Source: Candidatus Micrarchaeota archaeon (GTDB lineage Archaea; Micrarchaeota; Micrarchaeia; Anstonellales; Bilamarchaeaceae). Taken from it: a DNA stretch of 64,000 nucleotides. The DNA lies in NCBI GenBank assembly GCA_022627495.1, contig JAKEGJ010000021.1:78612-142611 (forward strand), in the 5' to 3' direction. A program made the translations under genes and the position numbers. Of the stretch, positions 22,875 through 32,795 are shown in pieces. Each line of letters opens with the position of its first letter. Position 1 is the first letter of the stretch. A model generated the notes under the pieces. It had not been told where the DNA came from. It saw only the letters and a list, made by a program, of their open reading frames with translations, and did no database searches.

Positions 22875-25800
22875 GCTTCCTCAGCTCTTTTTTCTGCTTC
22901 GGCTGCCTGGATACATAAACCCCGACTGCAGCCAGAATCGCCAATGCAGTCACTCCAAGAACGAGCACGCCGTTCCCGTTCGGCTCCTCCTCCGAATCCA
23001 GCTCTTTGGATATCGCGCTTCCTGCGCGCAGCGCATTCACATAATCGCCCGAAGAAAGCATGTTCCGCATAGAATCTACCCTGGCGCCGAGTGCAGCCCT
23101 CCGCTCCGGCGCCAGCTCTTTGCCTTCGATTATCGATTCGAGCATGGAAAGCCTTGCTTCGCTTTCATTCTTAAGCGAAGACAGGGTTTGCTCCATGCGC
23201 CCCCTGCTTTTAATGAGCGCGTCAAGCCGCTGGCGGAATATGCGCGGCTCTCCGTCAGCGGCCTCTTCCGCATCCTCAATCAGGGTTTCCACTTTTTTTT
23301 CGGTCTCGGTGAAGAAGCTGCTGTAATCCGTACCCTTTGCCGCAGCCGACTGCCGCAGATACCGCTCCAGGGTTTCCTGCGCCCCGCGCTTTGCATCATC
23401 GACAAGCGCCTTCTGGCCGGCCTTCTGCGATTGGGACGACGATTCCTGAAGAGTTACGATATCCCGGACGCCGTCGAGGGCGGAAAGCGCGTCCATGGCG
23501 TATTCCAGCCGGCCGCCGCTTTCCAGCTTCCTGAAAGCATCCTCGAAAAGCAGGAACCCTGACGGCGTAGTGGTGTTCCCCGCTGCATAGAAACGCTCCT
23601 TCAGGTCATTATAGGCTGCATACGCCTCTTTCTTGAAAGCAGTCAGCTCCTTCCCCAGCCAGTTCGAATCCGTCTTCCCCAGCGCCTCGGCTTTTTGGCT
23701 ATTGTTCATGCTGCCAGATTCGGCCAGAACGCGCCGGAGCTCGTCCCTGCGCGTGGCCAGCTTTTGAACAAACGGGGACGAAGAGTTCGACGAGTTGAGC
23801 GCGGATTCAATCATGCCAAGCTCCTCGCGGATGCCTTTTTCGAGCGAATCAATGCTTTCCTTATGCTTGGATTCCTCTTTTTCCTCCTGCTGTGATGCGG
23901 AGACCGCTTTCTCGATGAATGCGAGTGCCTCGCTATGGTTTCCTGCCGCTGCCTGCAGCCGGGCCTGTGCGAGCAATGCGTTCGCAGATGGCCCCAGGTC
24001 GAGCCCATCAAGGCTCGAAAGGCGCTCCCGGACATAGGATTCCGCATCCTCCACGTTGTAGCTGACCTTCAGCACGGATTCCCTGCCTTTTTTCAAACCG
24101 GAAACGCTGACCGAGTACTGGGTGTCCGATATGCGCGCCTTATCCCGGACCGCCTCGCCGGTCGCGCAAACGGCGCTGAATGACGTGATGCGCGAATCGT
24201 TGACGCTGTTAAGAAAAACCGGGACCCTTTCAAGGTCCATAAGGGGCGTTATGCGGACATCGTATTCCACCTTGCTGTTGGTCCCGATGCGGTATGCCTT
24301 GATGTTTAAGAGAGTTTCATTGTACGCGTCCTCCAGGACGGCGTCGTAAGCCAGGGTATGCTTGCCGCTCTCCAGGGGGCGGCTGCCGGCCATTCCGTCT
24401 ATCAAGCCGTTTTCAAAGCCGCGAGGCAGCTCGAGGGAGCTGATTCCGCAATCCAGTTCTATTTCCATGCGCCCGGCCACCCTCGCCTTGCCATTCCCGA
24501 TGCCTTCCGCGCTGGATGAGGAAGACAGGGTGTGGGCAAGCACGCTCTGCTTATTGAAGACGACACGCTTCGTTTCAAACGCCCCGACGGAAGCGAAAAC
24601 CAGAACAATGCTCTTGCCCCCATCCGTGGACCTCACGCTTTCCACCCCCCCGCTTCCTTCTACGATGTCCCCATAGACAAACTGGCCCGGGGACTCCATC
24701 CTGATGACGGCATCCACATGCGTCGCGTTGTACGGGCGCGGGTTGGCCATGACCGCATCCAGCGTGATATCAGCCGGGCTGTCGAGCCGGACCGAGGTAA
24801 TTAGGGGATTGGCACGGATTGACATTGCATTGCCGATGATTCTGCCCATATAGCCGTCTACCGCCTCTTCCAAATCCCGATAGTCCGAATCCAGCTTTTT
24901 CAGGCGGCCCAGGGCTTCGGGAAGTGCAAGGCCGTCATCGCTTATCAGGCCTTCCTCGCATTTTTTGAGGTCGGTGAAAAGGTCTGCGGCCTCCGGCCCG
25001 GCCTGGGACAGTTTGCCGCATATCCGCGAGCGCACCGCGAGCAAGTCGTCTTCATACTTGAGCCGGGCCTTGGCGTAAATGCTGTTTTGCGATTCACGGG
25101 CAGCCTCGCCCTGCATGCTTTCAGGCAGCAAGGGGATTAGCTTCAGGCTTTCCTTCTCGCTTGCGACGTTTATCTGGTCTTTTTCCGCAAGGCCGATTAG
25201 CGCCCTCAAATATTCGACTGATGCGCGGTCTTCCAGCGCTTCCCCATAGCTCCTGGAGCCGCAGGCCGAGCGGGCAAGAGCGGCGGCATCGTAATATTTC
25301 TCGAAGCGTCCGCCGAGAGTGCCGGCACCTTCCCCGGATTCAAAAGCTGCCGCGGCTTCATCGTAAAGCGATGCCGATTCCGGCCCTGCTTCCGCGGAAG
25401 CCATGCATTTTTCAGCCCTCGCCAGTTCCATTTCAGCCTCATCCTTCTGCCCTTCGACTGCGGATTCCGCATCCCGCCTCAGGGCTTCGAGTTCCTGCAG
25501 GAGACTGGCGTAACCCCCGTCCGCGGCCTCTATTCCGGATATCGCGCCGGCAAGATAGCCGCGGTCGCCGGTCCTCGCATGCAAAATGGCTGAATCCGCC
25601 AGTGAGACTTCAAGGCGCCTGCGTTCGTCTGCCAGGGATGCGAACCGCTCTTTGACCGAGCCGGAGGCCCGGGATGTGAAGCCCGATGGCGCGCGGGCGA
25701 TGATTCCGGCCCCTTCCGACTCCAGCTCCCGGAAGCTTTTTTCGGCAAGCTGCTTGCGGGCCTGGATGCTTTTCAGGCCCTGCTGGTAGCCCGTTTCGGC

Positions 25801-26562
25801 TTCAGCCAATGCCGAAAGGGAGAGGTTTTGGGCGCGCCTGAAGGAAGGGACGATACCGTCTTCGCCCCAGGCTAAGCCTGTGATTGATGCCGCATATGAA
25901 ATATCCGGAGCGGGGTCCGCCAGCGCCCGCCGCAGAGCATCGGAATGCTGCGCCATGACGACGTATTTCCCATAATCGCCTTCGCTTATGTTTTTGTCCA
26001 CGGTGCGAAACGCACCGTCAAGCTCGGCACAGCTTCCGCTTCCGGGCCCGGAATAATCTTCGTCGCAAAGGCCGGCGAAACGCATGCGGTCGAACTCCCT
26101 GCGCGCATCGGAAACCGCCCTTTCCGCGTAATCGGTGCTGTATTCGGCCGCAAGCAGGGTCGAATCGACGGAAGCAATCCAATTTTCATGATAGGCAATG
26201 CAGCCCGATGAATCGGATAACACGGCGATTAGCGCCATCGAAGGGCTTGCGGGCATGATGCCAAGGGACGCGATTACCGCGGCGGTGCACACCATCAGGT
26301 CTCTCCGAGCTTCTTCCGCGCTATCCACCGCGGATTCGATATTGTCCTTGACCGCGGGATCCGAATCAAGCCGGAGCACACCATCCATCCCGGCCCCATC
26401 CAGCGTCTTCTGGAATTCCGGGAGATTCCACCAGAAAGACTCCCCGAACGTCCATATGTTCGGGTTGGTTGAAACCCAGGTTTCGTTTTCCCAGGGGCGG
26501 GGGAACCCCGCAAACTCCATCTGTGCCAGGGCCAGCAAGGCCAGAACGAGCATGAAGCGCAT
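22723..26562 (-). CDS. Large (1279 aa) secreted coiled-coil-rich surface protein with a C-terminal TM anchor
   Basis: It has an N-terminal signal MRFMLVLALLALAQMEFAG, long Ala/Glu/Leu-rich helical regions flanking a central beta-rich region, many N-x-S/T sequons, and a C-terminal helix VLVLGVTALAILAAVGVYV followed by a basic tail. Confidence 0.7.
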   Translation of the reverse strand: MRFMLVLALLALAQMEFAGFPRPWENETWVSTNPNIWTFGESFWWNLPEFQKTLDGAGMDGVLRLDSDPAVKDNIESAVDSAEEARRDLMVCTAAVIASLGIMPASPSMALIAVLSDSSGCIAYHENWIASVDSTLLAAEYSTDYAERAVSDARREFDRMRFAGLCDEDYSGPGSGSCAELDGAFRTVDKNISEGDYGKYVVMAQHSDALRRALADPAPDISYAASITGLAWGEDGIVPSFRRAQNLSLSALAEAETGYQQGLKSIQARKQLAEKSFRELESEGAGIIARAPSGFTSRASGSVKERFASLADERRRLEVSLADSAILHARTGDRGYLAGAISGIEAADGGYASLLQELEALRRDAESAVEGQKDEAEMELARAEKCMASAEAGPESASLYDEAAAAFESGEGAGTLGGRFEKYYDAAALARSACGSRSYGEALEDRASVEYLRALIGLAEKDQINVASEKESLKLIPLLPESMQGEAARESQNSIYAKARLKYEDDLLAVRSRICGKLSQAGPEAADLFTDLKKCEEGLISDDGLALPEALGRLKKLDSDYRDLEEAVDGYMGRIIGNAMSIRANPLITSVRLDSPADITLDAVMANPRPYNATHVDAVIRMESPGQFVYGDIVEGSGGVESVRSTDGGKSIVLVFASVGAFETKRVVFNKQSVLAHTLSSSSSAEGIGNGKARVAGRMEIELDCGISSLELPRGFENGLIDGMAGSRPLESGKHTLAYDAVLEDAYNETLLNIKAYRIGTNSKVEYDVRITPLMDLERVPVFLNSVNDSRITSFSAVCATGEAVRDKARISDTQYSVSVSGLKKGRESVLKVSYNVEDAESYVRERLSSLDGLDLGPSANALLAQARLQAAAGNHSEALAFIEKAVSASQQEEKEESKHKESIDSLEKGIREELGMIESALNSSNSSSPFVQKLATRRDELRRVLAESGSMNNSQKAEALGKTDSNWLGKELTAFKKEAYAAYNDLKERFYAAGNTTTPSGFLLFEDAFRKLESGGRLEYAMDALSALDGVRDIVTLQESSSQSQKAGQKALVDDAKRGAQETLERYLRQSAAAKGTDYSSFFTETEKKVETLIEDAEEAADGEPRIFRQRLDALIKSRGRMEQTLSSLKNESEARLSMLESIIEGKELAPERRAALGARVDSMRNMLSSGDYVNALRAGSAISKELDSEEEPNGNGVLVLGVTALAILAAVGVYVSRQPKQKKELRKLTSFSVQAPPQRRHPQAGPEAQGRSTRSSPSPDRYRSPPPGGSIPQGPGA

Positions 26563-26725
26563 ACAATCCCTAAAGGCCCGGGTTATGATGGCAATAAATA
26601 GATTATTCAGAAAATGTGCTTCCCAGCCACATTATCAGGCCCGGATTATGTGGAATTCCATATATGAAAAAACCACGCCGCCGCCAAGCGAAAACAGTTA
26701 TAACCATGCACGCGGATAGGTGGGC

Positions 26726-27298
26726 ATGGGAAACGCCATTGCCATCGCCGCGACTGCCATATTCGCCGCCCTGCTCCTTCTAGGATGCGCCGGGTCTCAG
26801 CAGGGCCCCGGCAATGCGGCGGCCAACACGAACCCGGGCGGCCAGCAGGACCGCTTCGCGCCGCCGGATACCCATCCCCCGAAGCCGCCCGGCACTGCGA
26901 ACCTCTCATTCAGCCGCAACGCCAGCGACGTGATGAACACTGAGACAAAGCCGTTCACGCCGCCGAATTTCGACTTCACGAACACCACGACGCAAGACGG
27001 GCGGCTGGTAGTCAACTATTTCTACTCGCCCCATTGCTCGGCATGCATAGCCCTTCGGCCCGACATGGACAGGCTTGAGGCCAGGTACGGTTCTGTGGAA
27101 TGGCGCGAATTCGACATCACCGCCCAAAACGGGACCTGGGCTTACCAGCAGTTCGCAAGGGATTTGAACCTAAGCCAGGCGCAGAGGCTGGTCCCGCAGG
27201 TGCTGGTGAACGGCACGGTGATTACCGACAGGTTCAACATCAACGGAAGCCTGGAAGGCATCATCGTCGCTTTCAGCGCAAACCAATCCGGAGCATGA
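26726..27298 (+). CDS. Secreted thioredoxin/glutaredoxin-like lipoprotein
   Basis: It has a lipobox-like LLLGCAG, a CxxC in YFYSPHCSACIAL and a cis-Pro-type LVPQVLVNGTV. ATG is at 26726 (the track start at 26720 is GTG). Confidence 0.6.
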   Translation: MGNAIAIAATAIFAALLLLGCAGSQQGPGNAAANTNPGGQQDRFAPPDTHPPKPPGTANLSFSRNASDVMNTETKPFTPPNFDFTNTTTQDGRLVVNYFYSPHCSACIALRPDMDRLEARYGSVEWREFDITAQNGTWAYQQFARDLNLSQAQRLVPQVLVNGTVITDRFNINGSLEGIIVAFSANQSGA

Positions 27299-28028
27299 AC
27301 CGCCCGAACCCGCGCTTGATGTTGCCGAATTGGGCATGATAAGCGTCGAGGTCGCTTGCGGCGAACCTGAAGAACTGCTCCGGTGTTTCGTTTCCCTTCG
27401 CATTCTTGTTCCAGATGCGGATGGATTCCTCGTAGCGGCTGCTTTCCCAGTAGCAGTCCTCAAGGACCTTGGGGGACATCTTCGCATTATCGACCCTGAG
27501 GCGGTTCGCCTGGGGACAGAGGGCTTCGCGCCGGACGTACGGCCCGCCCCAGCTCACTGAAAACGGGTAAACCAGGCATATGGCCGGTTTCGAGTTCTCA
27601 ATCCCGCAATTCAAGGGCCCGCTGCGCAGGAAAACGCATTTCCCGTCCTTATGCGCTATCACGAACTTGAAGTAGCCCCCTTGCGCGCGGAATGCGAATG
27701 CATCGTCCTTCTTGCCGATTTTCAAGCCCACGAAGTCATCAGCGGATTTCCCTTCGATATGGACGATTCGGGCAATGTCGAAAGGCGTGAGGTCCGCGAC
27801 AAGGCCGCAGCATCTTCCGTCGCAGCCAAGGCACATGTTTGCGGGGGCGGCTTCAGGGGGGGGCACTGGTTTTGATGGGGCAGGGGATACCGAAGCTGAT
27901 TCGATGGCGGGCGGCCGGGCGGCCTTCGGAGCTTCAATTGCGGCCAAACCTGCTGTGCGTATGGCTTGCTTCTGCTTAGGTAGGCGCTTATCCGGGCGGC
28001 TGGCCCGCTTCTTTCGCGATACGGCCAT
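27273..28028 (-). CDS. YkgJ-family zinc/iron-chelating (CxxCxxCC) protein with a low-complexity N-terminus
   Basis: CLGCDGRCC is followed by KCVFLRSGPLNCGIENSKPAICLVYPF, which matches the UPF0153/YkgJ pattern. Confidence 0.65.
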   Translation of the reverse strand: MAVSRKKRASRPDKRLPKQKQAIRTAGLAAIEAPKAARPPAIESASVSPAPSKPVPPPEAAPANMCLGCDGRCCGLVADLTPFDIARIVHIEGKSADDFVGLKIGKKDDAFAFRAQGGYFKFVIAHKDGKCVFLRSGPLNCGIENSKPAICLVYPFSVSWGGPYVRREALCPQANRLRVDNAKMSPKVLEDCYWESSRYEESIRIWNKNAKGNETPEQFFRFAASDLDAYHAQFGNIKRGFGRFMLRIGLR

Positions 28029-28105
28029 AAAACGGTATTTACCCTAAGGGATAATAAATCCGGTTGGATGGAATAGATAATCGGGCAAGCTGGAAGGGAA
28101 ATCCG

Positions 28106-29143
28106 ATGAAAATCGTGCATTTTGAGAGGAAAACCGGCGAGCTGAAGCTCCAGGTCGATACGCTCGACGACATGTGGCACCTGGACAAGGTGCTTGCACC
28201 CGGGGACGAAGTGGAGTCGCACAGCATGCGCACCTACAAGGTCGGCACGAAGGAGGAGAAGAAGTCCGTGACCGTCCGGGTAAAGGTGGAGAGGGTCGAA
28301 TTCGCGAAAAACGCGAACCGCCTCCGCATTCTCGGCCCCATCATCTGGGGCGAACCTGAGGAATACATCCAGCTCGGCAAGTACCATACGATAGACGTCG
28401 AGGCCGGGGACCGCATCAAAATCACGAAGCAATGGAGGGGACACGAAGTAAAGCGGCTCCAGGAGGCGGAAAAGGAATCCAAGAGGCCGCGCATTAGGAT
28501 CATCGTGATGGACGAGGAGAAGGCCCTTACAGCCATGCTCAGGGCATTCGGCGTCGAATACGGGGCCGAGTTCTACAGCGGCGGGAGCAAGAAGGGCGAC
28601 AACTACGAGAAATCCGAGGGCGAGTATTTCGGCAACATCGCCGCCGAGATAGAGCGCCACCCAGAGCGGTACGTGGTGGCTGGGCCGGGTTTCGCCAAGG
28701 AGAATTTGAAGAAGTTCATCGAAAAAAGGAAGCCCGAGCTCCTAAAGCGCATCGTGTTCGAGAATGTCAGCTATGCCGAGCGCAGCGGGGTGAACGAGCT
28801 GTTCAACCGGGGCGTCATCGAGAAGATAATGGGCGAGGAACGGTTCGAGAAGGAGATGAAGCTTGTCGAGGAGCTGCTTGCCGAGGTGCACAGGGACAGC
28901 GGGCGGGCGGCGTACGGCATCGCAGAAGTGAGGAAGGCGATTGAGGCTTACGCGGTGAAGAAGCTCATCGTATTGGATGAATACCTCCGCGCGGACAAGG
29001 AGGCCGAGGCGGTAGTAGAGCTTGCAGACTCGGCCAAGGCCGAGATAGTCATATTCTCGTCCGAAGGCGATGCCGGTGCTAAGCTTAAGGGGCTGGGAAA
29101 AATCGCAGCGCTGCTGAAGTTCCGGATAAGGGATGCGCAGTGA
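28106..29143 (+). CDS. pelA: Pelota (mRNA surveillance / ribosome rescue, aRF1-related)
   Basis: The sequence begins MKIVHFERKTGELKLQVDTLDDMWHLDKVLAPGDEV, and it has the eRF1-like central and C-terminal domains. The ATG is at 28106. Confidence 0.85.
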   Translation: MKIVHFERKTGELKLQVDTLDDMWHLDKVLAPGDEVESHSMRTYKVGTKEEKKSVTVRVKVERVEFAKNANRLRILGPIIWGEPEEYIQLGKYHTIDVEAGDRIKITKQWRGHEVKRLQEAEKESKRPRIRIIVMDEEKALTAMLRAFGVEYGAEFYSGGSKKGDNYEKSEGEYFGNIAAEIERHPERYVVAGPGFAKENLKKFIEKRKPELLKRIVFENVSYAERSGVNELFNRGVIEKIMGEERFEKEMKLVEELLAEVHRDSGRAAYGIAEVRKAIEAYAVKKLIVLDEYLRADKEAEAVVELADSAKAEIVIFSSEGDAGAKLKGLGKIAALLKFRIRDAQ

Positions 29144-29184
29144 TCTGCGCGGCATGTTCGGCCGGGCAGCGCCATCTCCCAGGT

Positions 29185-30099
29185 TCAGGGCGCAGCCTTG
29201 AGCCCGAGGATTTCCCTTGCCTGCGCCGGGGTGGCTATGGGCCGCCCCAGCTCATCGGCGATCCGGGCAATCCGCTTGATTAGCATTTCGTTTGTGGCAA
29301 GGACGGTTTTCCCGTAATCGTAATACAGGTTGTCCTCAAGGCCTACGCGGACATGCCCGCCCATCACAATGGCGCAGGTGTTGACTGGTAGCTGGAACTT
29401 CCCGCCCCCGGCTGCCCCCCATACTGAGCCTGCGGGCAGGCTGCCCACCTGGTGGACGATGTCAACGAAGCGGCCGGGCATGGTCCCAAGAAGGCCGAAG
29501 AAGAGGTTGATGTAGAGGGGGTGGGAAAGGAATTTCTTGCGCTCAAGGTACGCGGCGTAATTGATCATGCCGGTCTCGAAGACCTCCAGTTCCGGCCGTA
29601 TGCCCCGCGCGGCCATGTGCCGTGCCAGGCGCTCAATCATGTCCGGGGAATTGACGCTGGGCTCCGTGGGGAAATTCATCGAGCCCATGGAGAGGCTTGC
29701 GAAATCAGGCTTGGATTCGCCCTCCAGGTCCAGAACCGCGGCGCGCTGCTCGAACGTCTTGAAAACGCGGCCGCTGGTTGTGGCGCAGAGGATGGCATCG
29801 GGGCACTTCTTCCTGACCTTTGCGAGTATCTCCTCGAACAGCCCCTTGCTGCAGGAAGGGGTCCCGTCGCTTTCCCGCGCATGGATGTGGAAGAAAACGG
29901 CGCCCGCCTCGTAGCATTTGCGCGCGTCCGACGCAATCTCTTCCGGGGTGGTGGGGACGTTCGGATTGGCGGATTTGGATGAGAAATTGCCGGTAAGGGC
30001 CACGTTGATTATCAGCTTTTTCTGCAGCGGAATGCTGGATGTGCCGCTCAGCCCGTAAACCTCGTTCCCTTCATCGCCCATGAATACCGCTTGATGCAT
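29185..30099 (-). CDS. BKACE family enzyme (3-keto-5-aminohexanoate cleavage enzyme-like, DUF849)
   Basis: The segment LIINVALTGNFSSKSANPNVPTTPEEIASDARKCYEAGAVFFHIHARESDGTPS is typical of the family. Confidence 0.7.
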   Translation of the reverse strand: MHQAVFMGDEGNEVYGLSGTSSIPLQKKLIINVALTGNFSSKSANPNVPTTPEEIASDARKCYEAGAVFFHIHARESDGTPSCSKGLFEEILAKVRKKCPDAILCATTSGRVFKTFEQRAAVLDLEGESKPDFASLSMGSMNFPTEPSVNSPDMIERLARHMAARGIRPELEVFETGMINYAAYLERKKFLSHPLYINLFFGLLGTMPGRFVDIVHQVGSLPAGSVWGAAGGGKFQLPVNTCAIVMGGHVRVGLEDNLYYDYGKTVLATNEMLIKRIARIADELGRPIATPAQAREILGLKAAP

Positions 30100-30215
30100 T
30101 CGTAAGCAAAACTTATAATTGCCGCACCGCCCGGTTGCAGCACGTCTTCAGGCAGGCTGGGTTCTGGATGCGAAATCCGCATCACTGCCCTTCGCCCGGG
30201 CAGCATGCAGACGCC

Positions 30216-30980
30216 CTAACCCTTCTTGCCCATTTCGCGCGTCCGGCTCTCCGCAAAGCGGATGGCCTCGTGGATTGCCTTGTCCGCGCCCTTTTCCTTA
30301 AGCATCCGCAGTCCGGCCTCGGTCGTCCCGTCGGGGCTTGCCACGGTCGAGACGACTTTCTCGGCGCTCCAGCCGCTGAGCATCAGTTTCCCGGTGCCCA
30401 GGAAGGTCTGCGCGACGCATTTTTCCGCGGTCTCGCGGGCAAGGCCGCCTTTCACGGCCTCGTCTATCATCGCCTGCGCGAAATAGGCGACGAAAGCGGG
30501 CCCGGAGCCGGACGTCGCAGTGATGGTGTCGAGATGGCTCTCGTCGGTCTTGATGCACAGGCCCAGGGAAGAGAATGCTGTGAGAAACACCTTCTCCTTC
30601 TTTTCGACTTCGGGATGCAGGGCGTACGCTATCACCGCTTCTCCGACTTCGGCGCAGATATTGGGCATCACGCGTATCACCCTCTGCGCGCCGAATGATT
30701 CGAGCATCCTAATCGTTATTCCGGCGGCGCATGAGACAATGAGGGGAGCGTCGCGCACCTGCTTCACAACCTCTTCGACGTGCGCGGGCTTCACGGCTAT
30801 AACCACAAGGTCGCACGTCTTCACCTGGGCGAGGTCCTTCACAGGCAGGGCGCCGAGCTCGGACGCCACTTCCCGCGCATTCTCGAAATCCCGGTCCACA
30901 AGAAGGAGCTCATGGCCTCTTGTGAACACGCGGGCAAAGACGCTGCCAAGCCTTCCGACGCCGATAATCGCAATCCTCAT
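30216..30980 (-). CDS. proC: Pyrroline-5-carboxylate reductase
   Basis: It has MRIAIIGVGRLGSVFA (Rossmann) and C-terminal SPDGTTEAGLRMLKEKG. Confidence 0.8.
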   Translation of the reverse strand: MRIAIIGVGRLGSVFARVFTRGHELLLVDRDFENAREVASELGALPVKDLAQVKTCDLVVIAVKPAHVEEVVKQVRDAPLIVSCAAGITIRMLESFGAQRVIRVMPNICAEVGEAVIAYALHPEVEKKEKVFLTAFSSLGLCIKTDESHLDTITATSGSGPAFVAYFAQAMIDEAVKGGLARETAEKCVAQTFLGTGKLMLSGWSAEKVVSTVASPDGTTEAGLRMLKEKGADKAIHEAIRFAESRTREMGKKG

Positions 30981-31066
30981 AGGAACACCAATCCGTTGAC
31001 GCTATTGATGCCAAAGCAATAAATAGCCGGTATTTTTCCATTGAGCATGCGGCGCCTGGCCAGGGG

Positions 31067-31966
31067 CTATGCGCCGCCTGCGCTCGGCTGGGGGTATCCG
31101 AAGAGCACGAGGCGGGCATAGAGGAGGATTTTCCGGGAGGTGTTCACATAAGCGCGCTTCGCGAACACCTCGTATCCGTTCTCCTCGATTACCGCCAGTA
31201 TCTCTCGGTAGAGCGTCGAGGCGAGCGCAATCACCATCCGCACATCAGTGTGGATTGTCGCAATGCTCGACATGGCTTCCTGGTAATAGCCCCGGGCGCG
31301 CTCGACTTGGAATTTCAGGAACCGGACGAGGTTTTGCGTCTTGCGGTGGGAGAGGATGTCTCCTATAGTCAGGCCGAAGCGGGCCAGCTCGTCTTTGGGG
31401 AAGTAAACGCGGCCCATGCGGGCGTCCTCGCCCACGTCGCGAAGGATGTTGGTCAGCTGCATCGCTATGCCGAGGCTTATCGCGCAGCGCTTGGACCTGC
31501 GGGCGTTCTTGATGCCGAGGGTGCGCATAAGCATGAGGCCCACTACAGATGCGACGCGGAAGCAGTAGCGGCGGAGCTCGGCGAAAGTGCCGTATTCCTT
31601 CTTAGATATGTCCATCGCCACCCCGCGTATCAGCTCAAGCGGGTATCGGAGCGGGATGCGGTATCGCCTCATCACATGGATGAACGGATTCAGCACTGGG
31701 TCGTCCGAGCGACCCTCGCGGTAGGCCTCCAGGAAGCGCTTTCTCCAGTTCCGGATAAGCATGCGCTGGAGCCGCGGATTGCCTTCGTTGTCATCGACGA
31801 GGTCGTCGGTATGCCTGCAGAAGGCGTATATCGCGTAAAATGCGCTGCGCCGCTCGCGCCCCATGAATTTCGATGCGAAGTAGAACGTCTTGGAACCCTT
31901 GCTTATCGAGTTCTCGGCGAACTTGTAATCCACGGCCGGCTTCAGCTTCTCCACCTCAATAATCAT
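31067..31966 (-). CDS. Phytoene/squalene synthase family protein
   Basis: It has SKTFYFASKFM, YAFCRHTDDLVDD (first DxxxD) and NILRDVGEDARMGRVYFPKDEL (second Asp-rich motif). ATG is at 31966 (the track start at 32008 is TTG). Confidence 0.75.
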   Translation of the reverse strand: MIIEVEKLKPAVDYKFAENSISKGSKTFYFASKFMGRERRSAFYAIYAFCRHTDDLVDDNEGNPRLQRMLIRNWRKRFLEAYREGRSDDPVLNPFIHVMRRYRIPLRYPLELIRGVAMDISKKEYGTFAELRRYCFRVASVVGLMLMRTLGIKNARRSKRCAISLGIAMQLTNILRDVGEDARMGRVYFPKDELARFGLTIGDILSHRKTQNLVRFLKFQVERARGYYQEAMSSIATIHTDVRMVIALASTLYREILAVIEENGYEVFAKRAYVNTSRKILLYARLVLFGYPQPSAGGA

Positions 31967-32063
31967 AGGCCAGGAAAGGTTTATATCGTCATCTGCCGTT
32001 GGCGCCAAATGTGCCTGCCGCCCGCCCTGCGTGGTTTATTAATTTGAGAGGCATGAACCAGTT

Positions 32064-32795
32064 ATGGCAGTGGCTGTGCAGGTCGCGGACCTCGCAAAGG
32101 TCATAAAGGAAAAGATACTCGTGGACAGGATTTCCTTCAGCGTCGAGGAGGGGGAGGTGTTCGGCCTGCTCGGGGCGAACGGCTCGGGGAAGACGACGAC
32201 TTTCAATATGCTTTCAGGGCTTCTTTCGCCATCCTCCGGTTCCGTGACGATACTCGGCAAGAGCATACGGGAGATGCAGAAGTTCAAGGCGGAGATAGGC
32301 TTCGTCACGCAGGAGGATTCCTTCTACGAGACGCTGACGGTCCGGGAGAACCTCGAATATTTCGCGTCGCAGTTCGGGGTGAAGGGCAGCGATGCGAGGG
32401 AGCGGATAAAGAGGCTCCTTGCGCAGATGAAGCTGGCTGACAAGAGGGACGTCCTCGCATCCAAGCTTTCAGGCGGCATGAAGAAGAGGCTGAATATCGC
32501 CTGCTCGCTCGTCCATGACCCGAAAATCGTGTTCCTTGACGAGCCGAGCGTGGGCCTCGACCCGGTCGTCCGCCGCGAGATATGGGCCGTGATAGAGGAG
32601 CTCCACAGCACGAAGAAGACCATAATCATCACATCGCATTACATGGAGGAGATAGAGCGCCTCTGCGGCCGCGTGGCCATCATGTTCGCGGGGCGCATCG
32701 TGGATTCCGGCACGCCGGAGGAATTGAAGAAGAAATACAAGCTCAAGCAGATGGAGGATGTCTTCGCGCACCTCGTCAAGCCGGTGGTCCAATGA
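32064..32795 (+). CDS. ABC transporter ATP-binding protein (ABC-2 exporter type)
   Basis: It has Walker A GANGSGKTT, signature LSGGMKKRL and Walker B IVFLDEP. Confidence 0.85.
   Translation: MAVAVQVADLAKVIKEKILVDRISFSVEEGEVFGLLGANGSGKTTTFNMLSGLLSPSSGSVTILGKSIREMQKFKAEIGFVTQEDSFYETLTVRENLEYFASQFGVKGSDARERIKRLLAQMKLADKRDVLASKLSGGMKKRLNIACSLVHDPKIVFLDEPSVGLDPVVRREIWAVIEELHSTKKTIIITSHYMEEIERLCGRVAIMFAGRIVDSGTPEELKKKYKLKQMEDVFAHLVKPVVQ

Noticed and set aside
26574-26653. A direct repeat, AGGCCCGGGTTATGATGG and AGGCCCGGATTATGTGG, in the divergent promoter region between the giant surface protein gene and the thioredoxin-like lipoprotein gene.
   Set aside because: There are only two imperfect copies with no further support. 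It could be a regulator site, but the evidence is too thin to list as a finding.
27722-28660. A 312-aa minus-strand ORF.
   Set aside because: It is antisense to pelota and overlaps the YkgJ-like gene. I recognised no motifs in it.
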